Shown one piece after another: positions 54,364 through 63,742 of a DNA stretch of 64,000 nt. A program made the position numbers and the translations under genes. The first letter of the stretch is position 1; each line of letters starts with the position of its first letter. Location: positions 153,704 through 217,703 of IMG/VR virus record IMGVR_UViG_3300017963_000192. One strand, written 5' to 3'. The notes beneath the pieces were generated by a model. The model saw nothing but the letters and a program-made list of their open reading frames with translations. It did no database searches and was not told the DNA's origin.

Positions 54364-54972
54364 CTACTCCTTTACAATCTTTAAACTTACAATATTCTCT
54401 AACTTGAAACCTAATTGTAAAATTTCTATTTCTTGAAGACCCGTAGAGGTTTGCCTATTATAGGATTCATATCCTTTCTTTGCACTTTCTTGAAGGTAAG
54501 GTTCTATTTCTTCATAGTCAACAACACTCTTTCCAGCTTTGTCTGTGGTATACTCAACACCAATTTTAATTCGATCTTTACGAATAGCAAATCGAACATA
54601 TTCGTCTCCACTATCATCTTCCTTTTTGTTGTAAAGCATTCCACGAATCTTCTCATACCCAGATTCCTTAAAACCTGTACTACCATCATTCTTTTTTTCT
54701 GTGTCTGGATATAATATAAGACCGCCTTCTTCTGTACACTGTCTGAAATATCCTCTCTCATCATAAACAAGTGTATAGATTGTGTGTTTGTAAGCTTTTT
54801 TAGAAGGATTAGAGCCGCCTTCTTTCATTTTAGGAAGTTCTTCTTTAGAAACCCCCTGTTTTTTCAGATAGTTCCTTTTATTGAGGACTTTCGCATCACT
54901 ACGATACTTTAATTCGAATTTCGTTCCGTTAGTTATACCTAACGCATTTTCCCTAATAATCTCCTGTTTCAT
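54364..54972 (-). CDS. Hypothetical protein with its own strong promoter
   Basis: TTAGCAGGAGG RBS; 202 aa. Confidence 0.6.
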   Translation of the reverse strand: MKQEIIRENALGITNGTKFELKYRSDAKVLNKRNYLKKQGVSKEELPKMKEGGSNPSKKAYKHTIYTLVYDERGYFRQCTEEGGLILYPDTEKKNDGSTGFKESGYEKIRGMLYNKKEDDSGDEYVRFAIRKDRIKIGVEYTTDKAGKSVVDYEEIEPYLQESAKKGYESYNRQTSTGLQEIEILQLGFKLENIVSLKIVKE

Positions 54973-55005
54973 CCTAAACCTCCTGCTAAAAAGTAAATTG
55001 AATGA

Positions 55006-55052
55006 TAACTAATGTATACATTCAATATACATTAGTTACTCGAAATTGTCAA
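55006..55052 (-). promoter_or_regulatory. sigma70 promoter overlapped by a 13-bp inverted repeat
   Basis: TTGACA-N17-TATATT on the - strand; TAACTAATGTATA-N7-TATACATTAGTTA. Confidence 0.75.
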
Positions 55053-55428
55053 TCATTTTTTTGTAAAATTATTAATTTTTTATTCAAATTATTAACTGTA
55101 GCCCTCACAAAATCTATAGCACCTTTCATTTCAGAATCAAAGCTTTCCCAATGCTCTGGATAATTCTCTGTGCATTCCCATTCGTCAAGATTTACTGTAC
55201 CAGACCATAAAAAACCTAGTTCTAGAAAGGCTATTTCGAAATTGTTTAATACTTCAACAGCTCTTTTTAACTTTTCTATCTTTTCTGATTCTAGATTCCA
55301 GGACAATTCTACTCCACAATGAGGACAGTATTTAAAAGTGATATGTATAACATCACATTTGCATAAAGGACATCCAAAATATTCATCATCTTGTTTCATA
55401 TCCTCTGTCATTATAACTATTTCATTCA
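55049..55428 (-). CDS. Zn-ribbon hypothetical protein (likely start MNEIV)
   Basis: CPLC...YCPHCG; AGGAGG RBS. Confidence 0.5.
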
Positions 55429-55707
55429 TTTTTACTCCTCCTTTAGAATGGTATGTCTCCATCATAAAATGGATTTGGTATAAGTTCTCCATTTTCCATT
55501 TTCATATACTTTCTGCTTCCTTTCCTAGCCTCTCGGATACGAGACGCAACCAATTCTGCTATATCTGGATTAGTTTTTAAGATGTCTATAATTTCGTCTA
55601 CGGATGCAACTTCTAGCTGAACAATTATATCACTGATGAATTTTTGTATAGCATCTTTTAAATCTTTACTAAATCTCATAGTTATCTCCTATAAATAAAA
55701 TAAGTAA

Positions 55708-55729
55708 GCCACCGAAATGGTTCGGTGGC
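55708..55729 (-). terminator. Rho-independent terminator
   Basis: GCCACCGAA-atgg-TTCGGTGGC followed by a U-rich tail on the - strand. Confidence 0.7.
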
Positions 55730-55738
55730 GAACTTCTG

Positions 55739-56593
55739 TTATTCATAGTAATAAATCAAAGGTGCTACAAAATTGTCTGGAACACCAACTACCGCACCGT
55801 TGTCAGTAACATACTCCAACTTTCGTACTGTTATATTATTCACTGTTTGTGTAGTACATCCGTTTTCATTTGAAAAACTTGAGAATGTCATAACACTTTG
55901 GGTTATGTTGTCGTCAAGCTGGAAGTATTTACCATTATCAACATTCTTTAACAATCTTTTTCTACTGGCTGAATGTGTATTTACATTAACGTATGCAACG
56001 TTTCCACTACAATCAAAATTAGTGTAGAAGATATTATCTGTATAAAAAGATATTTCTCCAGCGTTGCTTTTAACAGCATAAAAGTACCCTTCTGGTGAAA
56101 GAATGTAATCGGTGTCTATAGACGTACCTAAAAATTCTCCAAGTACTACTCCATTACCATCCTTAACTTTCAACGTTTTGTTATGAACAAGAATCTCCCA
56201 ACTGTCTCCATCCCAAATATATGCTGTACTATTATCCGTGTTATAATAAGCATCGTTTAAATTTGGGCTACTTGGGATACTTTCATTATCGAAGTATCCA
56301 AGCCAATTAATGGAAATGCCATCCGTACCATCCGTACCATCTGTACCATTTAAGTTAATGGTATGATAATCTGTTCCATCACAATACTGAAACTCTTGCA
56401 AATCTATAATATAATATAGAAATCCATCCGTTTCGTTATTGCAAGTTGGAAGATCATCTGCTGTAAGAATAACCCTTGCGGGATTTCCGCTTACGTCTTT
56501 ACCTGAAGAAATAATTTCCCCTTCTTCAGGAGCTTCAGCACATCCCATTAGTGCAACAGCAACCAGTGTTAGAATAATAAATGTTTGTTTCAT
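55739..56593 (-). CDS. Lipoprotein with short collagen-like GTD repeat
   Basis: Lipobox ALMG-C; NGTDGTDGTDG; DAYYNT...YIWDG. Confidence 0.7.
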   Translation of the reverse strand: MKQTFIILTLVAVALMGCAEAPEEGEIISSGKDVSGNPARVILTADDLPTCNNETDGFLYYIIDLQEFQYCDGTDYHTINLNGTDGTDGTDGISINWLGYFDNESIPSSPNLNDAYYNTDNSTAYIWDGDSWEILVHNKTLKVKDGNGVVLGEFLGTSIDTDYILSPEGYFYAVKSNAGEISFYTDNIFYTNFDCSGNVAYVNVNTHSASRKRLLKNVDNGKYFQLDDNITQSVMTFSSFSNENGCTTQTVNNITVRKLEYVTDNGAVVGVPDNFVAPLIYYYE

Positions 56594-56674
56594 CTTTTCC
56601 TCCTGCTAAATTTGTTTTGATTCTAACTAAACTATTACTACCTCCTTATCAAATTTTTCTTTGTTTCCCTCCTT

Positions 56675-57064
56675 TCATAAGTGATATTGATTTGTAGTAT
56701 CTACCAACCTACTTTGTGCTGGATATAATTCCACAGCTTCATTTTCTTCTCCAATTAATTCATTTTTTATTCTTTGGAAATGTCTCCAATCTCTGACAGG
56801 ATGCTTGTCTAATCTTTTAATAGACAAATGCAACATTTTAGGAAACCCCTTTGGAGTTTCTTCGTTAAAGATGCTGACCTAGTACAAATTATTAACCCAA
56901 ATTTCGCACTCAAAACTTCTTTTCAGTACCTTGTCAACGGTGAACGATTCCCACCCTCGCTCAAGGAGTTCCTCTCGCAACTCCGAGATTTGCGATTGGG
57001 TTGGTACAGTTCCTTTTTTGAAAAGTGTACATTCTTTTGGTTTTCTTCTCCGATTCTTTTTCAT
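56675..57064 (-). pseudogene. Phage gene interrupted by in-frame TAG and ending at TGA
   Basis: AAGGAG RBS plus ATG at 57064; ...IWVNNLY-TAG(56881)-VSIF...HLSIKRLDKHPVRDWRHFQRIKNELIG...YPAQSRLVDTTNQYHL-TGA. Confidence 0.65.
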
Positions 57065-57126
57065 ACGCACACTCCTTATCAAAGACTCAATCGAGACACC
57101 TTGATAAAGGTGTCCCTGTTCAGTCT

Positions 57127-57723
57127 CTAACTGTACTTCCAATGGATATCCTCGTGGAGAGCCATTTCTGATTCATAATCATAATTAAATATATGACCAT
57201 TATGACACTCTCTAATCTGATGTCCTTTGTAAAGTTCCTCTACCACTTTAGACATTGCGTTACAGAAAGGACACCTTATCTTTTGGTATTTCTTTCTCTT
57301 GTAGTATTGTTCAATGTTAAGACTTTCGTGAGGGACGATTTCTTGGTTCTCAACTTTACCTTGTTCCCTCATTTTCTCTTCGTTTTTAATTTGTTCAATA
57401 AGTCTTTTGTTAAGAACCTCACCACAATTACAACATCTAATTCTTTTGGGAACCCACGTCTTACAGCCTTCGCAATAGACTCCGTGTTGTTTGTAGTATT
57501 CAATAACTTCATTTGCCTCTTTCTCTATGTAATGCTGTTTGGTTTTTATACCAAAAAGCAAACAAAAGAATTTCCAAATAGTTTTGAGAACAACAATAAT
57601 CACTTCTATGATTGTTTTAAATATCCAAACAATTCCTACAGCGATTATACCTCCGATAAATAAGGAGATAGAAGCTTTTGCTAAACTTCCTATAAAATTA
57701 AAAAGCTTATCTAAAGTGTTCAT
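57127..57723 (-). CDS. Membrane protein with two zinc ribbons
   Basis: N-terminal TM; CEGC..CCNC; CPFC..CHNGH. Confidence 0.55.
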   Translation of the reverse strand: MNTLDKLFNFIGSLAKASISLFIGGIIAVGIVWIFKTIIEVIIVVLKTIWKFFCLLFGIKTKQHYIEKEANEVIEYYKQHGVYCEGCKTWVPKRIRCCNCGEVLNKRLIEQIKNEEKMREQGKVENQEIVPHESLNIEQYYKRKKYQKIRCPFCNAMSKVVEELYKGHQIRECHNGHIFNYDYESEMALHEDIHWKYS

Positions 57724-58174
57724 CTTTTACCTCCTATGGTCCAAACAACAATTTAAAAAACGGTCCGAAGAGTGGTATTATTAAATATTCAAACACAAGA
57801 AGTGCTGAAATGATAGTGCCTAGTATATATCCAATTATACCATAAGGCATAGTGCTTCCAACAAGATACCAGAATTGGTGCCTTCTTACTAAGCCTCTTC
57901 TCTCGCTAGAGTCCCTCTCGTAGTGATGACCGACGTTTTTTAAGTATCTTTCTTTGTTCATATTTAACCTCCTACTAAAACGCTTACTATACAGAAAAGA
58001 ACATAAAAAACAAAAAGTATTACTGGCAGTACAAATAATATAAAAAAGAATACATATATTATTGATACAGAAGAAAGAAATCCTCCGACTGCCATCCAGA
58101 AACCAGCTTTTCTTCTTTTATCTTCAAGTGTTGGCTCATGATAATCAATTCTCATCATTTGTTTGCCTCCTTTA

Positions 58175-58705
58175 TTAATGTTCTGTTCCCCTGTCTTTAA
58201 TTCCTGCGGGGTCAATTACTTCTAAATATATTCCAAGTCCACTTATAATATCATTATAAGGTAACTTTAAGAAATCAATGATTTCTATAAACATTTTTAT
58301 TATCATTGAATTAGGTACGCTTACGTTAGCAATTAATGGGGTTATCGAAATAAATAAAGACAATGCTTTGTGTATTGGATTATCGTTATCTATTACTTGA
58401 ACAAATCCTGAGATAGAAAGTAAACTTTCCTTTATTATTTTAGGACTTCCTCCAATATTCAAATCCTTTTGAACTCTATCCATCATAAAATTATCAAAAG
58501 AAATCTCAAGAGTTTTATCCAAAATAGAAAAGACAAACAAAGAAAAGTAATCTTGTTTGTTTTCCATAGTAAGATTCTCAAAAGTTTCTCCCACTTTTTC
58601 AAAACCTTCTTCTCTAAGAGTTTTATTCAAACTATCAAGAAAGCTTTTGTAATCTTTATCATTTAAATTCAATGCTTCAAATAAAGTTTCTTTTTTGTGA
58701 TCCAT
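58175..58705 (-). CDS. Hypothetical protein
   Basis: GAGG RBS; 176 aa. Confidence 0.5.
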   Translation of the reverse strand: MDHKKETLFEALNLNDKDYKSFLDSLNKTLREEGFEKVGETFENLTMENKQDYFSLFVFSILDKTLEISFDNFMMDRVQKDLNIGGSPKIIKESLLSISGFVQVIDNDNPIHKALSLFISITPLIANVSVPNSMIIKMFIEIIDFLKLPYNDIISGLGIYLEVIDPAGIKDRGTEH

Positions 58706-58910
58706 TAGTTTACCTCACTATTCCTATCGTTTGATTCTTTAAATGCCTTTAGCTCTTTTTCAACAGCATCAGTAAAAATTCTGCTGTTGTAACCCATAAT
58801 TAATTGATTCTTTTCTTTAATCATCTTCTTGTACTCATCATACAAGTTATCGTCTACGCTAACTTTTATAACCATTTTAATTCCTCCGAAATATAAACTC
58901 ACTCTATTAT

Positions 58911-58939
58911 AATATAACTAAATTTCCCTTTTTTGTCAA
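58911..58939 (-). promoter_or_regulatory. sigma70 promoter
   Basis: TTGACA-N17-TATATT on the - strand. Confidence 0.7.
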
Positions 58940-59013
58940 CAAAAATTCCCCAAAAAGTACCTAAAAATTCCTCAAAAAGGGAATTTTATTACCTTGAAAT
59001 TTTAAATTTTTAG

Positions 59014-59042
59014 TTGACTTTTGTGACATAACTATTTAAATT
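59014..59042 (+). promoter_or_regulatory. Divergent sigma70-like promoter facing an ORF-less structured region
   Basis: TTGACT-N17-TAAATT. Confidence 0.5.
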
Positions 59043-59046
59043 GTAA

Positions 59047-59212
59047 AAAAGATATAAAAACGTAGTCACACCTATGTTTCTACTCCGATATCTTTTATAC
59101 ACACAAAGTAACTATCTTTAAACCTCCTGCTAAAAACAGTTTAAAGATAAAAGACGGAACAAAGCCTTTTCCTCGCCAGAGTATGTCCAAGGAAAAGGCT
59201 TTTCTTTTATTT
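59047..59212 (+). ncRNA. Candidate three-hairpin small RNA with an anti-SD loop
   Basis: Stems 59047-55/59088-96, 59113-23/59139-49 (loop CTCCTGCTAAAAACA) and 59161-73/59190-202 plus U-rich tail; no ORF. Confidence 0.5.
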
Positions 59213-59234
59213 ATCTCGGATACGAGATAGATAA

Positions 59235-59576
59235 TTATATTTTAGGCAATCTCCCACAACCTTCAAGTTTTGAAATATCAACTCCCTTGTAACGCATTTT
59301 TTTAACGAATTCTTCTTCACAGGTTTTACTACAAGCGTAACCTTCACTATACTCATCTGAAATATGTATAGTGTCAATTGCTTTATGTTCCTTCTTACAA
59401 ACATTACATCTTACAATTTCAGCATCCCAGTATTGACATACATTTCCTACATAATCTTCAACAGCATCACAACCCTCAATCATTGGCGGTTCTCCTGGTT
59501 CCCATTGTGTATCGGGATAACCTTTTGTTCTATGATTTACAGAGTGTTTGCAGTTCCAACAAGATTTGTTATTCAT
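59235..59576 (-). CDS. Cys-rich hypothetical protein
   Basis: CWNC, GC...CQYW, CNVC, CSKTC; GGAGG RBS. Confidence 0.55.
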   Translation of the reverse strand: MNNKSCWNCKHSVNHRTKGYPDTQWEPGEPPMIEGCDAVEDYVGNVCQYWDAEIVRCNVCKKEHKAIDTIHISDEYSEGYACSKTCEEEFVKKMRYKGVDISKLEGCGRLPKI

Positions 59577-59650
59577 TATTAACCTCCATTGAGAGATAGT
59601 TATTAACTCTGAAACCAGGACATGTCCGATTTCAGGGTTGAAAATTATCT

Positions 59651-60022
59651 CTACGTGATTGTTATTTCTATCTCAAAACTACCATCACCACCTGTATTAA
59701 TTGTGTGATAGTGTTTACTTTCTGAACGGAGATAGAAAGTTTTCTTTAGAAAGTCAGTCCAAACAGTTCCCTCATTAGAGAATAGATATCCAACATCTCC
59801 AACAACTATTTCTCCGTTTGTTTCAATTGTTGTCTCTCCTTTGAGTTCTCCTAGCCAACAATCTTTTATATGATACTTAACTTTCCTTAATCCTTTCTCA
59901 ACTTTCACAAGAGTACAATTTCCACCGGAATTATCAATGTTACCTCCATAATGTTTTATAAAATCGTGGTCGGTAATTGATATGTTTCCGGCATCAACTG
60001 GAAATGTTTCTGTTATTTTCAT
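59651..60022 (-). CDS. Hypothetical protein
   Basis: PVDAGNISITD...TGGDGSF. Confidence 0.55.
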   Translation of the reverse strand: MKITETFPVDAGNISITDHDFIKHYGGNIDNSGGNCTLVKVEKGLRKVKYHIKDCWLGELKGETTIETNGEIVVGDVGYLFSNEGTVWTDFLKKTFYLRSESKHYHTINTGGDGSFEIEITIT

Positions 60023-60195
60023 ATATACTCCTTTACAAATAGTTTCAAATCACCTTTCTTGTAAAAGGTTTTATATGTTGGATTTTTTTTCTTAACATTC
60101 TTTTCGTAGTTTATTGCATTTTCTTCCGTAGCAAAAAATTCATTTGCTACAACTTCACAATCGGCATTAATAACAGTAACTACCCAAACTTCCAT
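60019..60195 (-). CDS. 58-aa hypothetical protein (not in ORF track)
   Basis: AGGAGG RBS; MEVWVVTV...KEYI; ATGA overlap. Confidence 0.55.
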   Translation of the reverse strand: MEVWVVTVINADCEVVANEFFATEENAINYEKNVKKKNPTYKTFYKKGDLKLFVKEYI

Positions 60196-60276
60196 AAGTT
60201 TCCTCCTAACAAACTGACATTAAAAACAATAAAAATCCTCCGATTTATAATTAATTTTTTTTCTGTTACATCTATC

Positions 60277-60612
60277 TTAAACCCCTTGAACATTTATTCT
60301 ATTACCGTTACTATTAACAACCATACCTTCTTCAAAGACACAATCATCATTATACAACCAAGTACCTCTGTGTTGATACACATTTATGGGTGAGAATCTA
60401 TTGATTCTTTCTTTAGTAGTAGGAGTTCTCCAACCACCAGTATGAAGTTCATAGTAGTCATTTGGTTTAATGATAATGATGTCTGTTCTATGCAAACATA
60501 TATGGTAGTTATGGCCGTTCTTATAAAGCCTAGTATTATTAGCAATAGGCTTACCTTTTTCTTTATCCTTTGCACTTTCATATAGTTCTTTTGCTTCATT
60601 ATACGTTAGCAT
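60277..60612 (-). CDS. Conserved phage hypothetical protein
   Basis: IANNTRL...LHRTDII...TGGWRTPTTKERINRF. Confidence 0.6.
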   Translation of the reverse strand: MLTYNEAKELYESAKDKEKGKPIANNTRLYKNGHNYHICLHRTDIIIIKPNDYYELHTGGWRTPTTKERINRFSPINVYQHRGTWLYNDDCVFEEGMVVNSNGNRINVQGV

Positions 60613-60735
60613 ATCTATACCTCCTTGAAATATTATTTGTTCTGGTTTTATTTAAAAAACATTTAACGCTCTTTATATTATTTCTTAACTCACCAATATC
60701 ATCTACATAATCAATTACTAAATCAAAGCAAGAAT

Positions 60736-61146
60736 CTACGTCTGTGAATAAAAGCCTTGATCCTTTGCATCCTCACTACTTTCCCAACCAAAGTAATCGT
60801 TATCTTCATAACACTTGCTATGAAATAACTTAATGAATTGGCTGTTTTTGGGATTCCCCTCACCACTCCAAATCATTTTGATATACTTTAGTCTTATTTC
60901 TTCGTGCTTTTCTTCATCTTTTCTTAACTTCTTATACTTTTTAATGTTTCCTTTAAGATACATAAGTACCATAATATCCCACTCACCATCATCGTTTAGA
61001 ATCGCCCCATATCCATCATAACTACCCTCTATAGTCTGTCCATTAGGTAGTAACAATGTGCATTGGTTCAATTCCATAGGTGGATGGTCATAAGGGTTTT
61101 TAATAGAAACACCACATACCGGACATTCCCACGAATATAATCCCAT
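60736..61146 (-). CDS. Conserved phage hypothetical protein
   Basis: MGLYSWECPVCG...GSYDGYG...HSKC...DQGF. Confidence 0.6.
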   Translation of the reverse strand: MGLYSWECPVCGVSIKNPYDHPPMELNQCTLLLPNGQTIEGSYDGYGAILNDDGEWDIMVLMYLKGNIKKYKKLRKDEEKHEEIRLKYIKMIWSGEGNPKNSQFIKLFHSKCYEDNDYFGWESSEDAKDQGFYSQT

Positions 61147-61150
61147 ATCT

Positions 61151-61465
61151 TTACCTCCTCTTTTTATAAATCTTTTCTAAAGTATCTAATAAGTTGTCTG
61201 ATAAATTAAATAATAACCTATAGCTAATTTTAACTTTCCCACTCTCTATATTAGATATATATTGCTGTGTACAACCCATTTTATCCGCAAGTTCTTTTTG
61301 AGTTAATCTACATAACATCCTTATGTATATAATGGTATCACCATCAAACATTTTAACTGAATCTATTGCTTTTTTTATTTCCCCTAAATCGTTCACTATC
61401 TTTAGCATACTCTCTATGTGATATCCCATACCTTTACCTCCATCTATAGCTTTAATTTGTTCCAT
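61151..61465 (-). CDS. XRE-family HTH regulator
   Basis: LTQKELADKMGCTQQYISNIESG. Confidence 0.8.
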   Translation of the reverse strand: MEQIKAIDGGKGMGYHIESMLKIVNDLGEIKKAIDSVKMFDGDTIIYIRMLCRLTQKELADKMGCTQQYISNIESGKVKISYRLLFNLSDNLLDTLEKIYKKRR

Positions 61466-61926
61466 TGTATAGAATTATTATCTATACTTATTTCAAACAC
61501 ACCTATCATATTACACTTTTTACACATCACCTCTATACTAGCCTTACTTTCACTTTTAGATAGTTTAGTTAAATGTTTACACGCTTTTATACTATTTTTA
61601 TCTAGTATATGGTCGCAATTTATTTTATTATTAACATCCTTAACAATGTCTAATAAACTAATCAAAACCTTTATAGAAGCCTTTTCTCTACCAGACTCTA
61701 TATGACTTAGATATTGTTGAGTTATTCCAAGAGCTTTGGCAAACTCAATTTGAGTCATTCTAACAAAACTTCTTATTCTTTTAAAAGTCATACCTCCAAA
61801 ATCCTCTATTATATTAACAGACTCCTCAACAGTCCTTAACTCCTTTTCCCATAATAAAAACATTTTCTTTCTATTTCTACGATTTCTGTCTACCATACCT
61901 TTGAAAACCCTTCGTTTCTCGACCAT
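61444..61926 (-). CDS. XRE-family HTH regulator with C-terminal Cys motif
   Basis: MTQIEFAKALGITQQYLSHIESG; C..H...CKKC. Confidence 0.8.
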   Translation of the reverse strand: MVEKRRVFKGMVDRNRRNRKKMFLLWEKELRTVEESVNIIEDFGGMTFKRIRSFVRMTQIEFAKALGITQQYLSHIESGREKASIKVLISLLDIVKDVNNKINCDHILDKNSIKACKHLTKLSKSESKASIEVMCKKCNMIGVFEISIDNNSIQWNKLKL

Positions 61927-62225
61927 TCACTAACCTCCTTTAAATATAAATAATCTTTATCTAACCTACCACATTGGATAGGTTAGCTACTGACTATTTA
62001 TACATTAAATACTGTTATCTTATTACATCAGTTACGCAAACAACTTCGTCAGAATTAGGGTTTAAATCATTCCAAAAAGACTCATACTTTTCCTTAACAC
62101 CTTGCTCAGTATCAATACCTGTAAACAAGCTATTAGTATCAGTATCAATCATTTCTATTCTTGACTCACCAACAACCTCGTTGGTTTCCCTATCTCTTGC
62201 GAGTGCAGTTACATAGAATAACATA

Positions 62226-62696
62226 TTAAACCTCCATTTCAAATAGACATTCTGCAATTATCCATTCCACGTCTTTTTCTTTCCAAGATTTTTTTATTTC
62301 TTCATAGTCATATCCATAGGAACATAGAACATCAATTATTTGATCTTCTGTATAATCATTTAGATTAACAGTTTCTCTTATATGTTGTACTGTGCCATCT
62401 GGATATTTAACATCCTCCATAAATTCATATAGTTCATCACTTATTTTTCTTCCATACTGATTAAATGATGGGTCAGTTAATGTCCATACTGAAAGTGGTA
62501 CTGGTTTTCCTTTTTCGTTCTTTCCAGTTTTAAGTATTTCTTTTCCACCACATTTATCAGTATCTTTGTATTCACAACGCAGACAGTATTCTATGCCGTG
62601 AAATTGAACTAACCAACATTCTGCTGTTAAATCAGACTGTTGGATAGTTTTTACATTACTGAGTTGACCATCTTCTCTTAAATTTTTTATTTTCAT
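62226..62696 (-). CDS. Hypothetical protein
   Basis: AGGAGG RBS; Cys-rich N-terminus. Confidence 0.55.
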   Translation of the reverse strand: MKIKNLREDGQLSNVKTIQQSDLTAECWLVQFHGIEYCLRCEYKDTDKCGGKEILKTGKNEKGKPVPLSVWTLTDPSFNQYGRKISDELYEFMEDVKYPDGTVQHIRETVNLNDYTEDQIIDVLCSYGYDYEEIKKSWKEKDVEWIIAECLFEMEV

Positions 62697-62724
62697 ATTA
62701 AACCACCTCCTTGATTAAAACTTG

Positions 62725-62749
62725 TGCCGACTCTCAACGAGAGCCAGCA
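62725..62749 (-). terminator. Terminator-like hairpin
   Basis: GCTGGCTCTC-gtt-GAGAGTCGGC on the - strand. Confidence 0.55.
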
Positions 62750-62755
62750 TAAATT

Positions 62756-63742
62756 TTACTCGCCTAATATTTTAACATCAACATCTTTGTTATCACCAAT
62801 GATTGATTTAACCAGAGCAGTCATGTTCTGACCAATTCTGATTGCATCTTCTGGGTTTGCCAGACCAAACCCTTCACCATTGAAACCATCCATCATGGTA
62901 TCAGGAGTCATCTCATACTTAGCAAATCTGGTAATGTTAAGTTGATCTGTTCTTGTCAAAAGTAAGGGGTCATAGCCAGGTGGATTCATAATGTTATGGA
63001 TACAAAAGTATGGATTTCTTTTGTTATTCTTCATGAAGATAGGTCGTATTCTTTCCAACACTATCTTGAGATCATGAAGTTTCTCGTCAAGATATTTAAG
63101 CATACTCTCACCATAGTTATTACCAAATTTTAAGTCTTGTGCTATGTCCTTATCCAATCCTTTTAACTCTTTCAGCTTACGCAGAAAGTGTGGCTTACTA
63201 AGAAGTGTCATCCCAGCATATCGAAAGATGTCTTCTTTAATATCATGTAGGTCTGGGAGTGCTTTACCATTTCTTATTATCAAATTGCAAAGAAGAAATC
63301 TGCCCTCATCACTAACAGTAATATCAGCTTTAGGTATGGCTTTTGATATGTCTATCAGTGCCAATATGACAAGCAAACTATTGTACTCATTGCCCTGTAC
63401 CTTACAGAAGGCACGTGCTTGTTTTTTAGGATTATCATTACGAAATGATATGTATCCAGCCTTTTTGAGTTCTCTGCATGTCTTGGCATGATCTCTGTTT
63501 TTGGCAAAGATTTCTGAATATCTTTTGCCTACTATCTCCCATGCCTTGTCCCTATATTTATTTATTAATGGGTTATCCCATTTAGGATAATAACTATAAG
63601 GATCAAGCCAGAAGTTTTCACATGACCATACATCTTTAAACTTACCGCTGTTGTAATGTAGAGTGATCTCATACATCTTATTGATTTGAGAATCTGTAAA
63701 TGGTTTATCAGGCGTAACCGTAAAGTGTAATGTTCTACCCAT
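62756..63742 (-). CDS. Hypothetical protein (likely start MGRTLH)
   Basis: AAGGAGG RBS; MGRTLH...FCKVQGNE...SDEG. Confidence 0.6.
   Translation of the reverse strand: MGRTLHFTVTPDKPFTDSQINKMYEITLHYNSGKFKDVWSCENFWLDPYSYYPKWDNPLINKYRDKAWEIVGKRYSEIFAKNRDHAKTCRELKKAGYISFRNDNPKKQARAFCKVQGNEYNSLLVILALIDISKAIPKADITVSDEGRFLLCNLIIRNGKALPDLHDIKEDIFRYAGMTLLSKPHFLRKLKELKGLDKDIAQDLKFGNNYGESMLKYLDEKLHDLKIVLERIRPIFMKNNKRNPYFCIHNIMNPPGYDPLLLTRTDQLNITRFAKYEMTPDTMMDGFNGEGFGLANPEDAIRIGQNMTALVKSIIGDNKDVDVKILGE

Noticed and set aside
56319-56348. 9-bp tandem repeat as a regulatory or DGR element
   Set aside because: It simply encodes GTDGTDGTDG in the lipoprotein
60613-60740. Programmed frameshift extending 60736..61146
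   Set aside because: An alternate frame stays open briefly, but there is no slippery site or homology evidence
47889-63491. + strand ORFs in the right arm (e.g. 57193..57663, 63144..63491)
   Set aside because: Antisense shadows of RBS-bearing - strand genes
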